This document shows positions 23,701-35,915 of a stretch of 64,000 bases of DNA, one piece after another (positions within the stretch are counted from its first letter, which is position 1; each line of letters starts with the position of its first letter). Position numbers and translations under genes: made by a program. The notes beneath the pieces are model-generated. The model was not told the origin of the DNA and did not search any database. It was given only the letters and a program-made list of their open reading frames with translations. Source of the stretch: Takakia lepidozioides. Taxonomy: Eukaryota; Plantae; Bryophyta. The stretch lies in contig CM060732.1 of the NCBI GenBank assembly GCA_030704615.1, positions 24,180,001-24,244,000 of the forward strand, read 5' to 3'.

Positions 23701-26700
23701 TTAAGGAGTGTATGTCAGCATGCTCCAAAACAGCCAATGTGGCTGTTCGGGGTGAGTTTGGCATTCCGTCCTTAAGCTCCTGACGAAATGTATTCAAGGT
23801 CAGATGGTGGGGTCAGCTGCAACATATGTCCAACACCAGATATCCTAAGTTAATCGACTCTATATCTTGGAAACAGGACCACCCTGTCAAACAGGCTAAG
23901 TCCTGGCAGAAGAGAGTAGAAGAGATTCTCAAGGACCTGGATCTGGATCCGCAAGTCTTGACCCTGCTGGACAAATCTGACTTAGAGGCTGTAGTGTCCA
24001 AAGCCATGTCTGTTGCCATGAAATTGTCTGATGAAAATGAAGTTAGGCAGAAAACTTCCCTGAACTTGTTTCCAGTCTGTGACATGGGGGAGGACATCTT
24101 GCATGACTTCAAGGGTCTACCCACTCTCGGCACTAGACTGAAATTTAAACTCAGGGCAGGAAGCCTACCTTCGAACAGCAAACAGAAGCAGAGAGGAAAG
24201 GGAGAGTGCAATTGCCCGTTGTGTGGGCAACCTGAAGACAGTATTCATTTTCTGATACACTGTCCGGGGTTCCCTCACCAAAGAGACGCTCTCTTCAAAT
24301 CTATCAAGGGAATTGTGCCTGTACCTCTGTTTACCAACTTTGAAAGTCTCGAGGCTGACCCAAAAGCCCAGGCCCTTCTGAGGCCTAGTTTTGGGCAAAT
24401 CACACAGCAGATTGATGCTTGTGTGAAGGGATTTCTAGAGGATATCTGGAAAACCCGGATCAATTCTATGTATCAAGGTAAGTCTTACTACCAACGTCAG
24501 CCCCTGACAGAGGTAGGTTCTGTCCCTTTGGTTTCCGCTCAAACTGGGCGCGGGGTCAATGGCCACAAGGCTACAGCAAACAGCATCTTATGAGTACATT
24601 CTCTTCCTGGTGAACCTGATCTTTTTCCTTGGTAATATCAGAGTCACGTGTGTCACACATGTTGCAAGCTAGAGAGCTAGAGGAACAGGACTAGAATCAA
24701 TCTCATGCTTTCTGGTGTAACATCAATCCCCGTTCATACTCACAAAAGAAAAAAAGGTTTCCTGTTGAGCAAGCGTAAATTACGGGGTCTCTTCAACTCA
24801 AAAGGGGCTACTGCTTTCTGTATGGAAGGTGGACACCTTGTACTCAGACTTCTCTATGACAACCTGAAGACAATATTCATTTTCTGATTCACTGTCCGGG
24901 GTTCTCTCACCAAAGAGACGCTCTCCTCAAATCTATCAAGGGAATTGTGCCTGTACCTCTGTTTACTAATTTTGAAAGTCTCGAGGCTGAGGCACAAGCC
25001 CAGGCCCTTCTGAGGCCTAGTTTTTGGGCAAATTACTTGTGTGAAGGGATTTCTAGAGGATATCTGGAAACCTGGATCAATTTTTCGTATCAAGGTAAGT
25101 CTTACTACCAACGTCAGCCCCTGACAGAGGTAGGTTTTGTCCCTTTGTGTTCCGCTCAAACTGGGCGCGGGGTCAATGGCCACAAGGCTACGGCAAACAA
25201 CGTCTTATGAGTACATTCTATGACATTGACAATGGAGAGAAATTTGGGCTCTGGGTGTGTTAGCATCCCAAGAGACTATGCTTCAGGGGTATGTCACAGC
25301 CAACATGCACAGGAAGTGATCAAGAATTACTGCGAACCTAAAGAATGACTATGATTGGAATCAGTAAGATATATGTCTTGCTCCATCTTCAAACGCAAGG
25401 TCCATCAGAGGAGCTATAAGGTCCTGGGGCCAGATCCCTAAGTTTCAACTGAATCCCTAAACTCTCTAACCCTATAATTGGTGGAAGATGATGCAACCCA
25501 TCCTCTAGAGCCAGAACTAAGTACTTACAAGCATAACAACAGGCTATGGAATCCTCTTTTCTCATGTAAATGCAAGAAGAAGCTCCAGCACTACATTTTC
25601 AAGTGCAAAGCTCAATGTCCAACTTCAGGGCTTGAAACATGTCAGAACCTGCCCATTGTTGCCAAACTCTCTGTAGTAGTTCCAGAAAGGCTCGACAACA
25701 GGATTATTCTGAAAAACACAGATGTACCTGATGTCTGAAGTTGCCCTGATTATCTTGAATTCAGTTTAAAAGAGTTAAATTCTAGTTTCGCTACATTCTG
25801 TTCGTGAGGGCTAAGAGCAATACCTGTTGTCTGAAGTTGCTCTAATTATCTTTGAAAGAGTTGAAAAGTTCTTGGTGAACTCTGAGCAGATGTGATAAAC
25901 CTGGGTGTCTTACCCTTGATCCGTTTCAAGAACAACAGTAAGACAATTTACACTTCACTCCCCAGAGATCTAAGCTGGAAATTGGAACAACTTCAAAGTT
26001 ACATCACTTTACGAGTTTCTCACCTTTCACAGCTGTGGAGCTCAGGTCAACACTGTGGAGCAAAGGCATGAGAGCCAGATATGCAAAGACAGAGTCATCC
26101 ACCAAAGTCGAGCTCAGCGAGAGTTGCTCCAGCTTGGGTACATTCCCCGTGAGTGCCCCAATACCTTGGGATCCCACCTTGGTGTGACTAAGATTGAGCC
26201 ACAATAGATTTGTCCCAAACTTGGCAAATGTAGGCATGGCATTATCCAACAAACCTGTGGAACTGAGGTCAAGGGCAGTGAGCTCTTGCATGGACACAAG
26301 CGTGTCCACATCTTTGACGTTTGATTCAGAAAGATCCAGCGACAGGACCCTTCTCATCCCAAGGCGGCCCAGAGCATCTTCCGGCGAGAGCACTGCTCTA
26401 GATAAATAGAGATTTCTCAATGGGCTATTGGGATTTTCCCAGTCCCTGAAGATGGAATCCACTGTACAGTTACAGAGGTTCAAGGATGTGAGTGAGTGTA
26501 AGGAGGGGATGACAGTGACGGGAGTCAACGCAAGGTTCAATGTTTTCAGGAATTTGCTGGATTGTAGAAGGAGAGCACCAGTATTGGTGATGTTGCTACC
26601 CCATAGGTCCAGGTGCTCCAGTTGCTTCAATGCCTGCACACATAGGTCATGGCAGCTGTCAGCATTAAACACAACCTTCAACACTACCTGTAGATTGTAG

Positions 26701-29700
26701 CACCACTTTGAACTTCATGGCTCTCTGATTGACATTGTCCTACATAGTGCAGCAGTGATAACTATGGCACAAGGGTGAGGTTTGCATCCATTGGCTGCCA
26801 GCATAACTATGTGCCTGTTTAGTGCTATGTTCCCACAAAAAGTAACAATTACTACGGACAGATAAATGTTTGCTGCCCTCACTATCATGGAAACAGACAC
26901 TACCTTTGTGAGGTAGTGGGTGAAGGAATACATCTATAATTCTCTGTCAGTGTATAGTGTAGGATGTACTAGATTATAGATTAAGGATGTGCAGTTACAT
27001 CCAAGTCTTACATCTGAAGTGGTTAGCTGGTTGAAGTCACCAAGGAGTGTGGAACGGTACAGAGCTCAACAGTTGAGTAGATGTAGAACCACCAGACTCA
27101 GCCGAGACACAGAGAGTGCAGATCTCTCTTGTGAACACTTTCTCTCTTGATGTAAGATCTATTTAATCTAGTTCTATGTTTTACACGATTATGTGTGTGA
27201 CTGACTCTGGATAGAATAGGTGTTTTCACATGGTATCAGAGCCATGGTTGTGGCTCGGGAGAGAGAGTGTCACTAATGAGAGCGAACTAATAATTTCGAG
27301 ACACAATGAAATTAAAAGGAGTCGATAGAGTTTGGAGGAGAGAACTAACAATTCTCCACGATGCATCAGCGTGGAAGAATTCTGTTTCTTATAGAAGAAC
27401 ACAAGTTCTAACATTGCCTGAATTCTGTGATGTTCATGCTTTCTTGGAAAGTGATAATTGATTGAGAGACTGGAATGGCTCAAAGAGTAGATGTGAGCAA
27501 TATTCCTAAGTTTGACGGCACATACTTCCATGTGTGGAAGCATAGAGTAACACTACTGTTAAAAGCAGAAAAACTATGGGCTCTAGTCGTAGGGACAGAG
27601 TTAAAACCAGTGGCTCCCACGGCAGCACAGGTTGCTGTTGGGCAGCAAGCGCTTCCAGCCACAAGTGTTGGGAGTATAGTGAACTGGGAAGAGAGAGATG
27701 CCCTCTCACTCACCATAATTAATAACTGCTTGGACAATAGTGTAGCGTCACATGTACAGTCGTGTACATCAGCTTTTGAAGCATACCGAGAGTTGACAAG
27801 GTTATATGAATCAAAGGATGCAGTAACCAAAATGTATCTTAGAGATAGAATTCAAACTTTAAAAATGAAAGAGAATGAAAATGTCACTAAGCATATACAT
27901 GTCTTCAAATCTTTGCTAGAATAGCTTTCCGCTGCTGGTTCCCCTGTGTCAGACGAGGATGCTGTCTTATCCCTAATGAGGAATATGCCGATGAGTTATC
28001 GGACATTTATAGGCTCTTTTAGGAGACAGCCGAATATAAGTCTACAGTCTTTAATTACAGACTTAATACAGGAGGAAACTTTAATGATGAGTCATGGACC
28101 TGCTACAGATTCAAAAACTGCATTTTACTCTGGACAGAAGTCTAGTACATATAATAGTTTTAATAGGAAGAAGCAAAATGAGGACAAAAGTAGTGTCAAG
28201 AAGGAGGATGGCGAAGGATCAAACTCAAATAAAGGAAAGAAGAACCAAATCAAGTGCTTTTTCTGTAAGAAGTTTGGACATATGATTAAGGACTGTAGGA
28301 AGAGGATTCCAGCTGAAGCAGCAAACAAACAAGCAACACAAGGACATGTTGCAGTCGAAGGCAATCAGCTCTATGTGGCAGCGATGATCATAAGTAAAGG
28401 GAAAGATTCAACTTGGTATGTGGACACATGAGCCACACAGCACATGGCGTATGACATACACACTTTTGCGACATACAAAGAGTGGAGACAAGGTCAGGTT
28501 GTCTATTTAGGGGATGACTCAACACATGAAATAGCAGGCCAAGGGTCAGCCATTGTGTTGTTGTGCAATGGACAACGAAGGGAGGTACCTGACGTGCTCC
28601 ATGTGCCAAGTCTCAAGAAGAATTTATTTTCTGTTAAACAATTAGACCTAGCTGGGGGAGAGATGAACATAAAAGAAGGTTGCTGTAACCTGAAGAATTC
28701 CAAGGGAAATCTCATAGCAAAATGTGAGATAGAGAACGGACTCTATAAGCTAGGAACTGCATTACAAAACTCACAAGTCATGGCAATGCCAACTGTCTTA
28801 GAGACTAACAAGGCAGATCTATGGCACTGTAGATTAGGTCATATGAACCAAGCTAGAATGCATCAGATGCAAACTAACTCAATGGTTAGAGGGCTGGATT
28901 CAGTAGATGTTAGGAAACTAACATTATGTAGAGATTGCATCTCAGGAAAACAACACCAAGAGAAATTCCCTGTAGAGGGAGGCACGAGAGCTACTGAACT
29001 GTTAGGCCTCGTACATACTGACATTTGTGGACCGATGCAAACTCTCACACACAACGGGTTTAAGTATTTCATCACATTTATAGATGATCTTTCAAGGTTT
29101 ACTGTTGTTTATTTATTAAAACAAAAGTCAGAGGCATTTGAGAGGTTTAAATGGTATAAGTTACTGGTTGAAAATCAGCTAAGTAAGAAGATCAAGGTTC
29201 TAAGGGCTGATGGGGGTGGTGAATACATTTCTAATGAGTTTAATTTATTCTGTCAAGAGAGTGACATAAAGAGGCAGTTTACTATAGCAGGAACACCACA
29301 ACAGAATGGGGTGTCTGAGAGGAAAAATAGGACCTTAGTGGAAGCAGTACTTTCCATGCTACACCAGGCTAGCTTACCAAATGTCTATTGGGGTGAAGCT
29401 CTTATGACTGCCACATACCTACAGAATAGGTCACCAACCAAAGCTCTACAGAATAACAAAACACCCATAAAGTTATGGACAGGTGTGAAACCTGATGTAT
29501 CACACTTGACAGTCTTTGGCTATAGAGCCTTTGCACTAGTACATAAGGATAATAGACGCAAACTAGACTCACACACTGTCGAGTGTACATTTTTGGGCTA
29601 TAGTAAACAGACCAAGGGTTACAAATTAATGACCAAACAAAAGACAATTATCATTTCCAGAGATGTGATATTCCATGAGGATAGTAATGACACAGTGGGA

Positions 29701-30687
29701 GATGCTATAGAAGAAGAAACACAAGCAGACAAAGATTCAATGCTATTAGATTGATCTTTCTTTAAGCAGTATGCAAACACTAATAATTTACCACTTCCTC
29801 GCACTCACATAGTACCACTAAACACTCACACAAGTCCAAGTGTGCAGTTTCCTAGGCCAAGTCAAGTAGTGGGAGCACTACCATCACCACTGAGCACAGG
29901 TTCAGTTAGAGGATATAGTGAGAGAAAATACCTCACCCAACGTAGGGAGTTCAAGACAGGCTAGGAGAGCGACATCAAGCTCACTAGGAAATAGACGATC
30001 TACTAGAATCAAGAAACCACCTGATAGGTTGATTGAGAGTGTAGAAGGTAGGAAACCCTGGAGAGCACTTTTGACACAAGCTTCTGTAAATGAACTTGTT
30101 ACCTTGAAGGAGGCTTTATCTTGTTCCGAAGCGAAACAATGGAAGAATGCTATAGATTCTGAGCTGGAATCTTTAAGAAGAAACAAAACATGGACAGTCA
30201 TGAAGCTACCAGAGAATAGAAAACCTATAGGTTGTAAATGGCTGTTCAAAGTAAAACTTCGGGCAGATGGGAGTGTGGATCGCTATAAAGCAAGATTGGT
30301 AGCAAAAGGATACTCACAGATATCTGGACTAGATTATACAGAGACCTTTTCACTAGTAGTCAAATTAACATCTATACGAGTGATACTTGAGCTTGCGACT
30401 CAATTTGATTTGGAAATTCAACAACTTGATGTTAAGACTGCCTTCTTGAATGGCTTCATAGAAGAAGACATTTATATGGAGTTCCTAGAAGGAGTCATAC
30501 AAGAGAGCAAATCTGGTTTAGCTTGCAAGCTGAACAAATCACTTTACGGGCTCAAGCAATCATCACGGGCATGGTACCAAAGATTTGACACCTATTTGAT
30601 GACAATAGGGTTTGATCGAAGCGTAGCTGATTCGAACGTCTACGTGCAGCGGAAGAGCACGAGTTACCTTATTCTGGCATTATATGT

Positions 30688-30722
<35 letters not shown>

Positions 30723-33700
30723 CTCCGGCCGAGGCCGGCGTAACTAAGAGCCACTTCACCTCCACTTCACCTTGCGGCTATTGCCCCCTTTCGGAGGTGG
30801 GCCCTATTACAAAAAAGTGTCCAGGTGGACACTAGGTGATATGTTGATGATACTATATTGGCTAGCAATGATGTGAATTTCTCGCAAGAGATCAAGAAGC
30901 TCCTCGAATCTGAATTTGAAATGATGGATATGGGGGAGATCCACTACTGCCTTGGGATGCAGTTTTCAAGAAACAGGGGAGAAGGATGGATCAGATTGTT
31001 GCAAGAAAGGTATTTGCTTGGAGTGCTACAAAGATTCGAAATGGAAAATTGTAAGCCAATAAGCACCCCAATGAGACCAAGGAGAAGCTAACAAAGTCAG
31101 ATTGCCCAAAAACTGAATATGGAAAAGCTTTGATGCAAGAAGTGCCTTATTCACAAGCAGTCGGTTGTTTGATGCATGCTGTTGTCAACACCCGACTTGA
31201 TTGCTCATTTGCAATGGGTAGTCTCGCTGAATTCCTATCGAACCCCGGAGAGCCTCATTGGCAGGCAACAAAGAGGGTGATGAGGTACATAAAAGGCACT
31301 CTTCACATTGGAATTCAGTATTGTAAATCGGACAAAGGAGCAACCCTAATAGGTTTTTCAGATGCGGATTGGGCTGGAGACATAGACACTCGACATTCAA
31401 CATCGGGTTTTTGCTTCAAGCTAGCAGGTTGTGCAGTAAGCTGGTCAAGCAAAAAGCAGAGGTCCATGGCTTTGTCAAGTACTGAATCCGAATACATGGC
31501 TTTATCAAAGGCTGCAGCAAAGGTAGTGTGGCTCAGGAGTTTGATGATGGACTTGGGATTTGTTCAGAAGAAGGCTACTATAATTTATGCAGATAATCAA
31601 AGTGCAATAGCGCTATCTGCAAATCCTAAGTTTCATGCTCGTAGTAAGCATATTGACATCCAGTATCACTACATACGAGAAAAGGTCCAGTCGAAGGAAG
31701 TGACACTGGAGTACCTTCCAACATCTGAAATGATTGCTGATTTCTTGACGAAGAGCGTTCCGAAGGAGAAACGCTTTCTTTGTGCGAGAGGGGCTGGATG
31801 GAAGTGGAACAAGAAGCCAGAGCAAGATTCAGACAAGATGGAAGACACTACGTATATACTGCCAGAGTATTAGTGGGAGTGAAAGAATACATCTATAATT
31901 CTCTGTCAGTGTATAGTGTAGGATGTACTAGATTACAGATTAAGGATGTGCAGTTACATCCAAGTCTTACATCTGAAGTGGTTAGCTGGTTGAAGTCACC
32001 AAGGAGTGTGGAACGGTACAGAGCTCAACAGTTGAGTAGATGTAGAACCACCAGACTCAGCCGAGACACAGAGAGTGCAGATCTCTCTTGTGAACACTTT
32101 CTCTCTTGATGTAAGATCTATTTAATCTAGTTCTATGTTTTACACGATTATGTGTGTGATTGACTCTGGATAGAATAGGTGTTTTCACAGTGGGACTTAC
32201 CTTGGTATCCAGATATCCTCGAGAAAGCCCTTCACAAAGAGAGAGGGAGATAGAATGTACTCGAAGATGTTGTTTTCCATAGCCTTGTGGCCATCGACCC
32301 CGTGCTCGTTGTTTGCAGTAGCCTTCTGGCCATTGACCCCGCGCCCAGTTTGAGCAAAACACAAAGGGACAGAACCTACCTTTGTCAGGGGCTGACACAG
32401 GTAGTAAGACTTACCTTGGAATAAACAATTGATCTGGGTTTTCCAGATATCCTTTAGAAATCCCTTTACACAAGCATCAACCCGCTGTGTGTGGTTTGCC
32501 CAATAACTAGGCCCCAAAAGGGCCTGGGCTTTTGGGTCAGCCTCGAGACTTTCAAAGTTGGTAAACAGAGGTGCAGGCAGGCACAATTCCCTTAATAGAT
32601 TTGAAGAGAGCGTCTCTCTGGTGAGAGAACCCCAGACAATGAATCAGAAAATTAATACTGTCTTCAGGTTGCCCACACAACGGGCAATTGCACTCTCCCT
32701 TTCCTCTCTGCTTCTGTTTGCTGTTCAAAGGTAGGCTTCCCGCCTTGAGTTCAAATTTCAGTCTAGTGCCGAGAGTGGGTAGACCCTTGAGGTCATCCAT
32801 GATGTCCTCCCCCACGTCACAGACTGGAAACCAGTTCAGGGATGTTTTCTGCCTAACTTCATTTTCATCAGACAATTTCCTGGCAACAGACATGGCTCTG
32901 GACACACCAGCCTCTAAGTCATAATTATCCAGCAGGGTCAAGCCTTGCGGGCTAATTTTCAGATCCTTGAGAATCTCTTCAACTCTCTTCCGCCAGGACT
33001 CAGCCTGTTTGGCAGGGCGATCCTGCTTCCAAGATATGGAGCCGATTAACTTAGGCCATCTGATGTTGGACATATGTTGCAGCCGACCCCACCATCCGAC
33101 CTTGAATACATCTCGTCGGGAGCTTAAGGAAGGGATGCCAAACTCACCCCGAATAGCCACATTGGCTGTTATGGAGCATGCTGACAAGCACTCCTTAAGC
33201 ACCCCCACTTGAATGGATTCTAGAGACTTAGCCTTGTTGGAGTTATCCACCCATATAGCAGATGCGTACTCAAGGCAGATCTAATAACGCGACAAAGCAT
33301 GATTTTTTTGACCTCAGAGTTGATCCCTGGAAAAAATTTAGTGAGACCCAGCGCTTTGCTCATGCCAGTTTGAACAACTCTCTGAATATGTGCATCCCAA
33401 TTACATTTGGAGGAGAACTCATTGCCGAGAGAGATTTTCTAGCAAAGTTCAATATGACCCACAGGAGCTGCCCCTATCATTATGTAAACAGCTTCTCTTC
33501 ATAGTACAGACATTTGTCACCACAAAACCTGCCAGAGAAGGAATTGTATTTAAGGTCTTGCTCATGCAAACTTGATGACTAGCATCCCTCCCTTCATGTG
33601 GAAGCTGTCAAGGTAGTAGCCAAAAATGCCCAACCACCACACACTGTTTGGCTAGAGGTGGAACTGGCCAGTCAAGAAAATGGGGCCCGGGGCTCACCTC

Positions 33701-35915
33701 CAAAAGGAGAGACACTTATTACTTGAGGACAGAGGATTAACAGACCTCAACAAAGACACCTAATCAACATGTGTTCCAAAAGAACCTTTAAACACATTGG
33801 TACACAATGTAGAAGTTGTAGTCAATGAAAAAGAACACAGAAAATTCTGGCATGTCACTCAATCCTGAAACAATCTTTGAGATGAAAAGGGGGACTAACC
33901 TGCAAAGAGGACAAATGAATGTCAGACACAGGACAGCCCCCCAAATCAAGGGAGGTAAGGGCTGTGAGAATTGACAGCTGCCCCAATCCTGTGGGTCCCA
34001 CACCTGTTCCGGCGAGTCCAAGCTTTTTGAGACCTGCCAGTGACACAATGTGACGGATACTCTCATCACTCACCTTCCGGCAGCGAGCCAGTTCCAGCTC
34101 CTCCATTTGTGGCAACCCTGGAAAACCGAACACATGGACTCAGACAACTAGTCCAGTGGATTGCTAGGCATGAATCATCTTCCTACAGCTGATTCCGCCA
34201 TACTGATCCTTGATACATAGGAGGAAACAAGGCTAAGTGTCCGCAAGAGTCCACCATTCCAACAAGCAGTCTCCAGCCTGAATATCCCCACTTGCATTCT
34301 CAACCGATTTGTTTCCCAGCTCGATACCTTGGCATGGAGGCATGAAAGTACTCTACTTGGCATCCCACCATTTCCTTTCCAGGTGCCTGATCTACCAGTC
34401 CTTTAAACTTGATTTTCTTTTGTCATTTCGTTTGCTAGCTGCTTCAATAATCTAACATATTGTACTCTCCACTCTCACCTACCTTTCGCGGTTAAGATGA
34501 ACAGGAATCGCAGAACAAATATTGAGTCGTGAAGCAGACATAGTGAACAGTGCAGGGGAAATGACGCCTTAACAACACAACACACCTGGTTTTCGGTGTA
34601 ACAGTGGTCCTGTCACTGTGCAGTATTATATTCTCTGTCTTGGGAAGAGAAAAGATAGAAGAGAATGTACTCATAAGCCGTTGTTTGATGTAGCCTTGTG
34701 GCCATTGCAAAGATAGAATAGAGTAGAGAGACTATGCCTGCCAGGTGCCAGATAGCATTATTGGTCAAAAGTTTGCAGTCTGCAGCACGCAGAACACGCA
34801 GGTGGCGAAACCCGCCTACATAAGCCATCCATTCAGCATCAACGCTGCCCTCTCCACTTAACTCCAACTCCACTACGGAGTACTGAAATAGTCTGCAAGG
34901 TACAGAGTACAGACAAACTCATTGCATGCCCTCAAATTGGGGAACCCAAGAGAAACCAAAAGGGCGTCAGGGGATAACAAGCTTTGCTTTCTCACAATTA
35001 CAGGTTTGTAGGTCATCTGACTGTTTTCAGTTTTGATGGCTAAAATTTCTCTCTTACAATTTGCAGAGAGCAAGCAGGGTGCCTCCAGACCACTCCACGC
35101 CCTTATTGCAGACCCAAGGTCTACATAAAACATAAAGCACCTCAAATGCAACAGTCAACAACAGGAGAAAGTTGACATGTGGTAAGTATGTTAGGTGGTG
35201 TTAAGACACACAATGTGGCAGACATGACAATACATGTCATGTCGAGCACACTTTCTTTTTAGAGCCGTTCAGGTACAGCATTGAGCTCGTCAATGTTACA
35301 TGTGGCTAGTCAATGCGAGCTTTACAATTCAGGCAGAGGAAACCGGTTGACAAGCTGCTCATAAACCCATCCCTCATGTAATACTCTGGGTCTCAAAGAT
35401 TACTAGCCTTTCCTACAACTGTTGACCTTCAAAGAGTCATCAACAAACGCAAGTGTAATTGGCTCACTACGCGAGACTAGTTCCTCAGTGGATCTGGCAA
35501 ACAGATTGGCTCGAACTCCGCTATACCCCTCAGCTTTAGTCCATCTCGAGACATGGTCATTGCACTAATATTGGAAATTTGAAGACAATACAATCCAATA
35601 TGTACAATCATCCCGTTAGGAGGGAAAACCTACATCAAACCTGCTAAGCTTAGATTGAAATACTTTGCACCAAGAAAGTCATCCACTCAAACTAGATACC
35701 TACTCCAGAAGAGGCGGAGTGAGGAGACGGGCTTGAAGGAGGCGATGCAAGAGAGGCTCTGCCAGCTGCGACGGAAGCCTTGCAAGAGTTCTCCGCTGCC
35801 GTCGCCAAACCCCCACACTGTGCTTGTCACGACAGGCAGCAATCACGCACAACTCTAGCAGACTAAGACCACGACGAGCAGCTTCCGCATCCCTTCCTCC
35901 CGAATCTAGATCCAT
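20799..35915 (-). CDS. CERES: CERES-like leucine-rich-repeat eIF4E-interacting protein (AT4G23840 family). Exons 35915-35704, 34892-34738, 34117-33900, 26633-26024, 21810-21175, 20926-20799
   Basis: N-terminus LLELCVIAAC..VGVWRRQRRTLARLPSQLAEPLLHRLL, then VDAEWMAYVGGF, RNI-like LRRs (LDLGG, LEHLDLWGSNITN, DLSDCWLL) and a C-terminal DERLRYRKHELLQLQ carrying YxxxxLphi. Phases are consistent; intron 2 has a GC donor. Confidence 0.9.
21999..24603 (+). mobile_element. RTE-X-like LINE copy 2 (5'-truncated, frameshifted, with stops) in a CERES intron, antisense to the host gene
   Basis: Near-identical to copy 1. ORF pieces at 22110-23462, 23598-23783 and 23826-24593; ends tgagtacattctc. The 5' boundary is approximate (weak tcttcc TSD). 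Confidence 0.9.
24862..25216 (+). mobile_element. RTE-X-like LINE copy 3 (3' 355 bp)
   Basis: Matches the LINE 3' end. TSD tctatgaca at 24853-24861 and 25217-25225. Confidence 0.88.
26921..27230 (+). repeat. Copia 5' LTR
   Basis: TGAAGG...TTCACA; about 3 differences from the 3' LTR; followed directly by the PBS at 27231-27243. Confidence 0.93.
27475..31873 (+). pseudogene. Copia gag-pol polyprotein, broken by stops, frameshifts and an insertion
   Basis: CFFCKKFGHMIKDC zinc knuckle; WYVDT*AT protease site with a stop; LWHCRLGH; LVHTDICGP/DDLSR/GGEY/ERKNR integrase; YKARLVAKG/LDVKTAFLNG/LYGLKQ/YVDD RT; DADWAG/DNQSA/ADFLTK RNase H. Stops at 27922, 28429 and 29752. Confidence 0.93.
30694..30838 (-). 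mobile_element. 145-bp non-LTR retroelement 3' fragment with a (TC)n tail, inserted into the Copia YVDD motif
   Basis: 12-bp TSD atatgttgatga (30682-30693, 30839-30850) and (GA)n at 30694-30719. Removing the insert restores LYVDDTILASND. It resembles 15030-15077. Confidence 0.85.
31880..32189 (+). repeat. Copia 3' LTR
   Basis: TGAAAG...TTCACA, preceded by the purine-rich agagtattagtgggag. Confidence 0.93.
32250..33422 (-). mobile_element. RTE-X-like LINE copy 4 (3' ~1.2 kb, more diverged, with a duplicated 3' tip). An older 3' fragment adjoins it at 32195-32240 and continues left of the Copia (~26890-26915)
   Basis: ORFs 32552-33250 and 32197-32586 match the LINE C-terminus; the copy ends cgagtacattctatc on the minus strand. 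Confidence 0.88.
34661..34708 (-). mobile_element. 48-bp 3' fragment of the RTE-X-like LINE
   Basis: The minus strand reads caatggccacaaggctacatcaaacaacggcttatgagtacattctc. TSD aaagatagaa at 34651-34660 and 34709-34718. Confidence 0.85.

Larger units (their letters stand above)
26921..32189 (+). mobile_element. Full-length Ty1/copia LTR retrotransposon, coding-disabled
   Basis: 310-bp TG..CA LTRs, TSD GTGGG (26916-26920, 32190-32194), PBS TGGTATCAGAGCC (tRNA-iMet), a PPT before the 3' LTR, and domain order gag-PR-INT-RT-RH. Confidence 0.96.
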
